From the NCBI GenBank assembly GCA_964016885.1, contig OZ024741.1:247070001-247134000 (forward strand): 64,000 nucleotides of DNA, given 5' to 3'. The position numbers and the translations under genes were made by a program. Every line of letters starts with the position of its first letter. The stretch's first letter is position 1. Under the pieces are notes generated by a model. That model had not been told where the DNA came from. It did no database searches and saw only the letters and a program-made list of their open reading frames with translations. This stretch comes from Eledone cirrhosa. Lineage: Eukaryota. Positions 14,401 through 26,400 of the stretch are shown one piece after another.

Positions 14401-17400
14401 GACGGCTGGAAATTATCTCCCCTTGATTTTTTTACAAATTATCTCCCCCTGATTTTTTTTTACAAATTATCTCCCCCTGATTTTTTTTTACAAATTATCT
14501 ACCCCTGATTTTTTTTTACAAATTATCTCCCCCTGATTTTTTTAACAAATTATCTCCGCCTGATTTTTTTTTACAAATTATCTCCCCCTGATTTTTTTAC
14601 AAATTATCTCCCCCTGATTTTTTTTACAAATTATCTCCGCCTGATTTTTTTAAATATTATCTCTCCTTGGCTGGCGGGAAATTATCTCCCCTTGGACGGC
14701 TGGAAATTATCTCCCCTTGGAAGGATGGAAATTATCTCCCCTTGGACGGCTGGAAATTATCTACCCCTGATTTTTTTTATAAATTATCTCCCCCTGATTT
14801 TTTTACAAATTATCTCCCCCTGATTTTTTTTACAAATTATCTCCGCCTGATTTTTTTTACAAATTATCTCCCCCTGATTTTTTTTACAAATTATCTCCCC
14901 CTGATTTTTTTTTACAAATTATCTCCCCCTGATTTTTTTACAAATTATCTCCCCCTGATTTTTTTTTACAAATTATCTCCCCCTGATTTTTTTACAAATT
15001 ATCTCCCCTTGGCTGGCTGGAAATTATCTCCCCTTGGAGGCAGGAACTTATCTCCCCTTGGACGGCTAGAAATTACCTCTCCTTGGACGGCTGGAAAATA
15101 TGTCTCCTTGGACGGCTGGATATTATCTCCCCTTGGACGGCTGGAAATTATCTCCCCTTGGACGGCTGGAAATTATCTCCCCTTGGATGGCTAGATATTA
15201 CCTCCCCTTGGACGGCTGGAAATTATCTCCCCTTGATTTTTTTTACAAATTATCTCCCCCTGATTTTTTTTTACAAATTATCTCCCCCTGATTTTTTTTT
15301 ACAAATTATCTCCCCCTGATTTTTGTTTACAAATTATCTCCGCCTGATTTTTTTAAAAAAATTATCTCCCCTTGGACGGCTGGAAATTATCTCCCCTTGG
15401 ACGGCTAGAAATTACCTCCTTGGACGGCTGAAAATTATCTCCCCTTGGACGGCTGGAAATTATCTCCCCTTGATTTTTTTACAAATTATCTCCCCCTGAT
15501 TTTTTTTTTACAAATTATCTCCCCCTGATTTTTTTTACAAATTATCTACCCCTGATTTTTTTTTACAAATTATCTCCCCCTAATTTTTTTTACAAATTAT
15601 CTCCCCTGATTTTTTTTTACAAATTATCTCCCCCTGATTTTTTTACAAATTATCTCCCCCTGATTTTTTTTACAAATTATCTCCGCCTGATTTTTTTAAA
15701 TATTATCTCTCCTTGGCTGGCGGGAAATTATCTCCCCTTGGACGGCTGGAAATTATCTCCCCTTGGAAGGATGGAAATTATCTCCCCTTGGACGGCTGGA
15801 AATTATCTACCCCTGATTTTTTTTACAAATTATCTCCCCCTGATTTTTTTACAAATTATCTCCCCCTGATTTTTTTTACAAATTATCTCCGCCTGATTTT
15901 TTTAAATGTTATCTCTCCTTGGCTGGCGGGAAATTATCTCCCCTTGGACGGCTGGAAATTATCTCCCCTTGGAAGGATGGAAATTATCTCCCCTTGGACG
16001 GCTGGAAATTATCTACCCCTGATTTTTTTTACAAATTATCTCCCCCTGATTTTTTATACAAATTATCTCCCCCTGATTTTTTTTTACAAATTATCTACCC
16101 CTGATTTTTTTACAAATTATCTCCCCTTGGCTGGCTGGAAATTATCTCCCCTTGGACGGCTAGAAATTACCTCTCCTTGGACGGCTGAAAATTATCTCCC
16201 CTTGGACGGCTGGAAATTATCTCCCCTTGATTTTTTTACAAATTATCTCCCCCTGATTTTTTTTTTACAAATTATCTCCCCCTGATTTTTTTTTAAAAAT
16301 TATCTACCCCTGATTTTTTTTTACAAATTATCTCCCCTAGATTTTTTTTACAAATTATCTCCCCCTGATTTTTTTTACAAATTATCTCCCCCTGATTTTT
16401 TTTTACAAATTATCTCCCCCTGATTTTTGTTTACAAATTATCTCCGCCTGATTTTTTTAAAAAAATTATCTCCCCTTGGACGGCTGGAAATTATCTCCCC
16501 TTGGACGGCTAGAAATTACCTCTCCTTGGACGGCTGAAAATTATCTCCCCTTGGACGGCTGGAAATTATCTCCCCTTGATTTTTTTACAAATTATCTCCG
16601 CCTGATTTTTTTTTTACAAATTATCTCCCCCTGATTTTTTTTTACAAATTATCTCCCCCTGATTTTTTTTTACAAATTATTTCCCCCTGATTTTTTTTTA
16701 CAAATTATCTCCCCCTAATTTTTTTTTACAAATTATCTCCCCCTAATTTTTTTACAAATTATCTCCCCTTGGCTGGCTGGAAATTATCTCCCCTTGGAGG
16801 CTGGAACTTATCTCCCCTTGGACGGCTAGAAATTACGTCTCCTTGGACGGCTGGAAAATATGTCTCCTTGGACGGCTGGATATTATCTCCACTTGGACGG
16901 CTGGAAATTATCTCCCCTTGGACGGCTGGAAATTATCTCCCCTTGGATGGCTAGATATTACCTCCCCTTGGACGGCTGGAAATTATCTCCCCTTGATTTT
17001 TTTTACAAATTATCTCCCCCTGATTTTTTTTTACAAATTATCTCCCCCTGATTTTTTTTTACAAATTATCTCCCCCTGATTTTTGTTTACAAATTATCTC
17101 CGCCTGATTTTTTTAAAAAAATTATCTCCCCTTGGACGGCTGGAAATTATCTCCCCTTGGACGGCTAGAAATTACCTCTCCTTGGACGGCTGAAAATTAT
17201 CTCCCCTTGGACGGCTGGAAATTATCTCCCCTTGATTTTTTTACAAATTATCTCCCCCTGATTTTTTTTTACAAATTATCTCCCCCTGATTTTTTTTTAC
17301 AAATTATCTCCCCCTGATTTTTTTACAAATTATCTCCCCCTGATTTTTTTTACAAATTATCTCCGCCTGATTTTTTTAAATATTATCTCTCCTTGGCTGG

Positions 17401-20400
17401 CGGGAAATTATCTCCCCTTGGACGGCTGGAAATTATCTCCCCTTGGAAGGATGGAAATTATCTCCCCTTGGACGGCTGGAAATTATCTACGCCTGATTTT
17501 TTTTACAAATTATCTCCCCCTGATTTTTTTACAAATTATCTCCCCCTGATTTTTTTTACAAATTATCTCCGCCTGATTTTTTTAAATGTTATCTCTCCTT
17601 GGCTGGCGGGAAATTATCTCCCCTTGGACGGCTGGAAATTATCTCCCCTTGGAAGGATGGAAATTATCTCCCCTTGGAGGGCTGAAAATTATCTACCCCT
17701 GATTTTTTTTACAAATTATCTCCCCCTGATTTTTTTTTTACAAATTATCTCCCCCTGATTTTTTTACAAATTATCTCCCCCTGATTTTTTTTTTACAAAT
17801 TATCTCCCCCTGATTTTTTTACAAATTATCTCCCCTTGGCTGGCTGGAAATTATCTCCCCTTGGAGGCAGGAACTTATCTCCCCTTGGACGGCTAGAAAT
17901 TACCTCTCCTTGGCTGGCTGGAAAATATGTCTCCTTGGACGGCTGGATATTATCTCCCCTTGGACGGCTGGAAATTATCTCCCCTTGGACGGCTGGAAAT
18001 TATCTACCCCTGATTTTTTTTACAAATTATCTCCCCCTGATTTTTTTTACAAATTATCTCCCCCTGATTTTTTTTTACAAATTATCTACCCCTGATTTTT
18101 TTACAAATTATCTCCCCTTGGCTGGCTGGAAATTATCTCCCCTTGGACGGCTAGAAATTACCTCTCCTTGGACGGCTGAAAATTATCTCCCCTTGGACGG
18201 CTGGAAATTATCTCCCCTTGATTTTTTTACAAATTATCTCCCCCTGATTTTTTTTTTACAAATTATCTCCCCCTGATTTTTTTTTACAAATTATCTACCC
18301 CTGATTTTTTTTTACAAATTATCTCCCCTTGATTTTTTTTACAAATTATCTCCCCCTGATTTTTTTTACAAATTATCTCCCCCTGATTTTTTTTTACAAA
18401 TTATCTCCCCCTGATTTTTGTTTACAAATTATCTCCGCCTGATTTTTTTTTTACAAATTATCTCCCCCTGATTTTTTTTTACAAATTATCTCCCCCTGAT
18501 TTTTTTTTACAAATTATCTCCCCCTGATTTTTTTTTACAAATTATCTCCCCCTAATTTTTTTTTACAAATTATCTCCCCCTAATTTTTTTACAAATTATC
18601 TCCCCTTGGCTGGCTGGAAATTATCTCCCCTTGGAGGCTGGAACTTATCTCCCCTTGGACGGCTAGAAATTACGTCTCCTTGGACGGCTGGAAAATATGT
18701 CTCCTTGGACGGCTGGATATTATCTCCCCTTGGACGGCTGGAAATTATCTCCCCTTGGACGGCTGGAAATTATCTCCCCTTGGATGGCTAGATATTACCT
18801 CCCCTTGGACGGCTGGAAATTATCTGCCCTTGATTTTTTTTACAAATTATCTCCCCCTGATTTTTTTTTACAAATTATCTCCCCCTGATTTTTTTTTACA
18901 AATTATCTCCCCCTGATTTTTGTTTACAAATTATCTCCGCCTGATTTTTTTAAAAAAATTATCTCCCCTTGGACGGCTGGAAATTATCTCCCCTTGGACG
19001 GCTAGAAATTACCTCTCCTTGGACGGCTGAAAATTATCTCCCCTTGGACGGCTGGAAATTATCTCCCCTTGATTTTTTTACAAATTATCTCCCCCTGATT
19101 TTTTTTTACAAATTATCTCCCCCTGATTTTTTTTTACAAATTATCTACCCCTGATTTTTTTTTACAAATTATCTCCCCCTGATTTTTTTTACAAATTATC
19201 TCCCCCTGATTTTTTTTTACAAATTATCTCCCCCTGATTTTTTTACAAATTATCTCCCCCTGATTTTTTTTACAAATTATCTCCGCCTGATTCTTTTAAA
19301 TATTATCTCTCCTTGGCTGGCGGGAAATTATCTCCCCTTGGACGGCTGGAAATTATCTCCCCTTGGAAGGATGGAAATTATCTCCCCTTGGACGGCTGGA
19401 AATTATCTACCCCTGATTTTTTTTACAAATTATCTCCCCCTGATTTTTTTACAAATTATCTCCCCCTGATTTTTTTTACAAATTATCTCCGCCTGATTTT
19501 TTTAAATGTTATCTCTCCTTGGCTGAAGGGAAATTATCTCCCCTTGGAGGCTGGAACTTATCTCCCCTTGGACGGCTAGAAATTACCTCTCCTTGGACGG
19601 CTGGAAAATATGTCTCCTTGGACGGCTGGATATTATCTCCCCTTGGACGGCTGGAAATTATCTCCCCTTGGACGGCTGGAAATTATCTCCCCTTGGATGG
19701 CTAGATATTACCTCCCCTTGGACGGCTGGAAATTATCTCCCCTTGATTTTTTTTACAAATTATCTCCCCCTGATTTTTTTTTACAAATTATCTCCCCCTG
19801 ATTTTTTTTTACAAATTATCTCCCCCTGATTTTTGTTTACAAATTATCTCCGCCTGATTTTTTTAAAAAAATTATCTCCCCTTGGACGGCTGGAAATTAT
19901 ATCCCCTTGGACGGCTAGAAATTACCTCTCCTTGGACGGCTGAAAATTATCTCCCCTTGGACGGCTGGAAATTATCTCCCCTTGATTTTTTTACAAATTA
20001 TCTCCCCCTGATTTTTTTTTTACAAATTATCTCCCCCTGATTTTTTTTTACAAATTATCTACCCCTGATTTTTTTTACAAATTATCTCCCCCTGATTTTT
20101 TTTACAAATTATCTCCCCCTGATTTTTTTTTACAAATTATCTCCCCCTGATTTTTTTACAAATTATCTCCCCCTGATTTTTTTTACAAATTATCTCCGCC
20201 TGATTTTTTTAGATATTATCTCTCCTTGGCTGGCGGGAAATTATCTCCCCTTGGACGGCTGGAAATTATCTCCCCTTGGAAGGATGGAAATTATCTCCCC
20301 TTGGACGGCTGGAAATTATCTACCCCTGATTTTTTTTACAAATTATCTCCCCCTGATTTTTTTACAAATTATCTCCCCCTGATTTTTTTTACAAATTATC

Positions 20401-23400
20401 TCCGCCTGATTTTTTTAAATGTTATCTCTCCTTGGCTGGCGGGAAATTATCTCCCCTTGGACGGCTGGAAATTATCTCCCCTTGGAAGGATGGAAATTAT
20501 CTCCCCTTGGACGGCTGAAAATTATCTACCCCTGATTTTTTTTACAAATTATCTCCCCCTGATTTTTTTTACAAATTATCTCCCCCTGATTTTTTTTACA
20601 AATTATCTACCCCTGATTTTTTCTACAAATTATCTCCCCCTGATTTTTTTTACAAATTATCTCCCCCTGATTTTTTTTTTACAAATTATCTCCCCCTGAT
20701 TTTTTTACAAATTATCTCCCCCTGATTTTTTTTTACAAATTATCTCCCCCTGATTTTTTTACAAATTATCTCCCCTTGGCTGGCTGGAAATTATCTCCCC
20801 TTGGAGGCTGGAACTTATCTCCCCTTGGACGGCTAGAAATTACCTCTCCTTGGACGGCTGGAAAATATGTCTCCTTGGACGGCTGGATATTATCTCCCCT
20901 TGGACGGCTGGAAATTATCTCCCCTTGGACGGCTGGAAATTATCTCCGCTTGGATGGCTAGATATTACCTCCCCTTGGACGGCTGGAAATTATCTCCCCT
21001 TGATTTTTTTTACAAATTATCTCCCCCTGATTTTTTTTTACAAATTATCTCCCCCTGATTTTTTTTTACAAATTATCTCCCCCTGATTTTTGTTTACAAA
21101 TTATCTCCGCCTGATTTTTTTAAAAAAATTATCTCCCCTTGGACGGCTGGAAATTATCTCCCCTTGGACGGCTAGAAATTACCTCCTTGGACGGCTGAAA
21201 ATTATCTCCCCTTGGACGGCTGGAAATTATCTCCCCTTGATTTTTTTACAAATTATCTCCCCCTGATTTTTTTTTTACAAATTATCTCCCCCTGATTTCT
21301 TTTACAAATTATCTACCCCTGATTTTTTTTTACAAATTATCTCCCCCTGATTTTTTTTACAAATTATCTCCCCTGATTTTTTTTTACAAATTATCTCCCC
21401 CTGATTTTTTTACAAATTATCTCCCCCTGATTTTTTTACAAATTATCTCCGCCTGATTTTTTTAAATATTATCTCTCCTTGGCTGGCGGGAAATTATCTC
21501 CCCTTGGACGGCTGGAAATTATCTCCCCTTGGAAGGATGGAAATTATCTCCCCTTGGACGGCTGGAAATTATCTACCCCTGATTTTTTTTACAAATTATC
21601 TCCCCCTGATTTTTTTACAAATTATCTCCCCCTGATTTTTTTTACAAATTATCTCCGCCTGATTTTTTTAAATGTTATCTCTCCTTGGCTGGCGGGAAAT
21701 TATCTCCCCTTGGACGGCTGGAAATTATCTCCCCTTGGAAGGATGGAAATTATCTCCCCTTGGACGGCTGGAAATTATCTACCCCTGATTTTTTTTACAA
21801 ATTATCTCCCCCTGATTTTTTTTACAAATTATCTCCCCCTGATTTTTTTTTACAAATTATCTACCCCTGATTTTTTTACAAATTATCTCCCCTTGGCTGG
21901 CTGGAAATTATCTCCCCTTGGACGGCTAGAAATTACCTCTCCTTGGACGGCTGAAAATTATCTCCCCTTGGACGGCTGGAAATTATCTACCCCTGATTTT
22001 TTTTACAAATTATCTCCCCCTGATTTTTTTTACAAATTATCTCCCCCTGATTTTTTTTTACAAATTATCTACCCCTGATTTTTTTACAAATTATCTCCCC
22101 TTGGCTGGCTGGAAATTATCTCCCCTTGGACGGCTAGAAATTACCTCTCCTTGGACGGCTGAAAATTATCTCCCCTTGGACGGCTGGAAATTATCTCCCC
22201 TTGATTTTTTTACAAATTATCTCCCCCTGATTTTTTTTTTACAAATTATCTCCCCCTGATTTTTGTTTACAAATTATCTCCGCCTGATTTTTTAAAAAAA
22301 ATTATCTCCCCTTGGACGGCTGGAAATTATCTCCCCTTGGACGGCTAGAAATTACCTCCTTGGACGGCTGAAAATTATCTCCCCTTGGACGGCTGGAAAT
22401 TATCTCCCCTTGATTTTTTTACAAATTATCTCCCCCTGATTTATTTTTACAAATTATCTCCCCCTGATTTTTTTTTACAAATTATCTACCCCTGATTTTT
22501 TTTTACAAATTATCTCCCCCTGATTTTTTTTACAAATTATCTCCCCTGATTTTTTTTTACAAATTATCTCCCCCTGATTTTTTTACAAATTATCTCCCCC
22601 TGATTTTTTTTACAAATTATCTCCGCCTGATTTTTTTAAATATTATCTCTCCTTGGCTGGCGGGAAATTATCTCCCCTTGGACGGCTGGAAATTATCTCC
22701 CCTTGGAAGGATGGAAATTATCTCCCCTTGGACGGCTGGAAATTATCTACCCCTGATTTTTTTTACAAATTATCTCCCCCTGATTTTTTTACAAATTATC
22801 TCCCCCTGATTTTTTTTACAAATGATCTCCGCCTGATTTTTTTAAATGTTATCTCTCCTTGGCTGGCGGGAAATTATCTCCCCTTGGACGGCTGGAAATT
22901 ATCTCCCCTTGGAAGGATGGAAATTATCTCCCCTTGGACGGCTGGAAATTATCTACCCCTGATTTTTTTTACAAATTATCTCCCCCTGATTTTTTTTACA
23001 AATTATCTCCCCCTGATTTTTTTTACAAATTATCTACCCCTGATTTTTTTACAAATTATCTCCCCCTGATTTTTTTTTTACAAATTATCTCCCCCTGATT
23101 TTTTTTTACAAATTATCTACCCCTGATTTTTTTTTACAAATCATCTCCCCTTGATTTTTTTTACAAATTATCTCCCCCTGATTTTTTTTTACAAATTATC
23201 TCCCCCTGATTTTTTTTTACAAATTATCTCCCCCTGATTTTTGTTTACAAATTATCTCCGCCTGATTTTTTTAAAAAAATTATCTCCCCTTGGACGGCTG
23301 GAAATTATCTCCCCTTGGACGGCTAGAAATTACCTCTCCTTGGACGGCTGAAAATTATCTCCCCTTGGACGGCTGGAAATTATCTCCCCTTGATTTTTTT

Positions 23401-26400
23401 ACAAATTATCTCCCCCTGATTTTTTTTTTACAAATTATCTCCCCCTGATTTTTTTTTACAAATTATCTACCCCTGATTTTTTTTTACAAATTATCTCCCC
23501 CTGATTTTTTTTACGAATTATCTCCCCCTGATTTTTTTTTACAAATTATCTCCCCCTGATTTTTTTAAATGTTATCTCTCCTTGGCTGGCGGGAAATTAT
23601 CTCCCCTTGGACGGCTGGAAATTATCTCCCCTTGGAAGGATGGAAATTATCTCCCCTTGGACGGCTGAAAATTATCTACCCCTGATTTTTTTTACAAATT
23701 ATCTCCCCCTGATTTTTTTACAAATTATCTCCGCCTGATTTTTTTAAATGTTATCTCTCCTTGGCTGGCGGGAAATTATCTCCCCTTGGACGGCTGGAAA
23801 TTATCTCCCCTTGGAAGGATGGAAATTATCTCCCCTTGGACGGCTGAAAATTATCTCCCCTTGGAGGCTGGAACTTATCTCCCCTTGGACGGCTAGAAAT
23901 TACCTCTCCTTGGACGGCTGGAAAATATGTCTCCTTGGACGGCTGGATATTATCTCCCCTTGGACGGCTGGAAATTATCTCCCCTTGGACGGCTGGAAAT
24001 TATCTCCCCTTGGATGGCTAGATATTACCTCCCCTTGGACGGCTGGAAATTATCTCCCCTTGATTATTTTTACAAATTATCTCCCCCTGATTTTTTTTTA
24101 CAAATTATCTCCCCCTGATTTTTTTTTAAAAATTATCTCCCCCTGATTTTTGTTTACAAATTATCTCCGCCTGATTTTTTTTTTAAAATTATCTCCCCTT
24201 GGACGGCTGGAAATTATCTCCCCTTGGACGGCTAGAATTTACCTCTCCTTGGACGGCTGAAAATTATCTCCCCTTGGACGGCTGGAAATTATCTCCCCTT
24301 GATTTTTTTTACAAATTATCTCCCCCTGATTTTTTTTTACAAATTATCTCCCCCTGATTTTTTTTTACAAATTATCTCCGCCTGATTTTTTTTACAAATT
24401 ATCTCCGCCTGATTTTTTTAAATATTATCTCTCCTTGGCTGGCGGGAAATTATCTCCCCTTGGACGGCTGGAAATTATCTCCCCTTGGAAGGATGGAAAT
24501 TATCTCCCCTTGGACGGCTGGAAATTATCTACCCCTGATTTTTTTTACAAATTATCTCCCCCTGATTTTTTTACAAATTATCTCCGCCTGATTTTTTTTA
24601 CAAATTATCTCCGCCTGATTTTTTTAAATGTTATCTCTCCTTGGCTGGCGGGAAATTATCTCCCCTTGGACGGCTGGAAATTATCTCCCCTTGGAAGGAT
24701 GGAAATTTTCTCCCCTTGGACGGCTGAAAATTATCTACCCCTGATTTTTTTTACAAATTATCTCCCCCTGATTTTTTTTACAAATTATCTCCCCCTGATT
24801 TTTTTTACAAATTATCTACCCCTGATTTTTTCTACAAATTATCTCCCCCTGATTTTTTTACAAATTATCTCCCCCTGATTTTTTTTTTACAAATTATCTC
24901 CCCCTGATTTTTTTACAAATTATCTCCCCCTGATTTTTTTTTTACAAATTATCTCCCCCTGATTTTTTTACAAATTATCTCCCCTTGGCTGGCTGGAAAT
25001 TTTCTCCCCTTGGAGGCTGGAACTTATCTCCCCTTGGACGGCTAGAAATTACCTCTCCTTGGACGGCTGGAAAATATGTCTCCTTGGACGGCTGGATATT
25101 ATCTCCCCTTGGACGGCTGGAAATTATCTCCCCTTGGACGGCTGGAAATTATCTCCCCTTGGATGGCTAGATATTACCTCCCCTTGGACAGCTGGAAATT
25201 ATCTCCCCTTGATTTTTTTTACAAATTATCTCCCCCTGATTTTTTTTTACAAATTATCTCCCCCTGATTTTTTTTTACAAATTATCTCCCCCTGATTTTT
25301 GTTTACAAATTATCTCCGCCTGATTTTTTAAAAAAAATTATCTCCCCTTGGACGGCTGGAAATTATCTCCCCTTGGACGGCTAGAAATTACCTCCTTGGA
25401 CGGCTGAAAATTATCTCCCCTTGGACGGCTGGAAATTATCTCCCCTTGATTTTTTTACAAATTATCTCCCCCTGATTTTTTTTTTACAAATTATCTCCCC
25501 CTGATTTTTTTTTACAAATTATCTACCCCTGATTTTTTTTTACAAATTATCTCCCCCTGATTTTTTTTACAAATTATCTCCCCTGATTTTTTTTTACAAA
25601 TTATCTCCCCCTAATTTTTTTACAAATTATCTCCCCCTGATTTTTTTTACAAATTATCTCCGCCTGATTTTTTTAAATATTATCTCTCCTTGGCTGGCGG
25701 GAAATTATCTCCCCTTGGACGGCTGGAAATTATCTCCCCTTGGAAGGATGGAAATTATCTCCCCTTGGACGGCTGGAAATTATCTACCCCTGATTTTTTT
25801 TACAAATTATCTCCCCCTGATTTTTTTTACAAATTATCTCCCCCTGATTTTTTTTTACAAATTATCTACATCTGATTTTTTTACAAATTATCTCCCCTTG
25901 GCTGGCTGGAAATTATCCCCCCTTGGACGGCTAGAAATTACCTCTCCTTGGACGGCTGAAAATTATCTCCCCTTGGACGGCTGGAAATTATCTCCCCTTG
26001 ATTTTTTTACAAATTATCTCCCCCTGATTTTTTTTTTACAAATTATCTCCTCCTGATTTTTTTTTACAAATTATCTACCCCTGATTTTTTTTTACAAATT
26101 ATCTCCCCCTGATTTTTTTTTACAAATTATCTCCCCCTGATTTTTGTTTACAAATTATCTCCGCCTGATTTTTTTAAAAAAATTATCTCCCCTTGGACGG
26201 CTGGAAATTATCTCCCCTTGGACGGCTAGAAATTACCTCTCCTTGGACGGCTGAAAATTATCTCCCCTTGGACGGCTGGAAATTATCTCCCCTTGATTTT
26301 TTTACAAATTATCTCCCCCTGATTTTTTTTTTACAAATTATCTCCTCCTGATTTTTTTTTACAAATTATCTACCCCTGATTTTTTTTTACAAATTATCTC

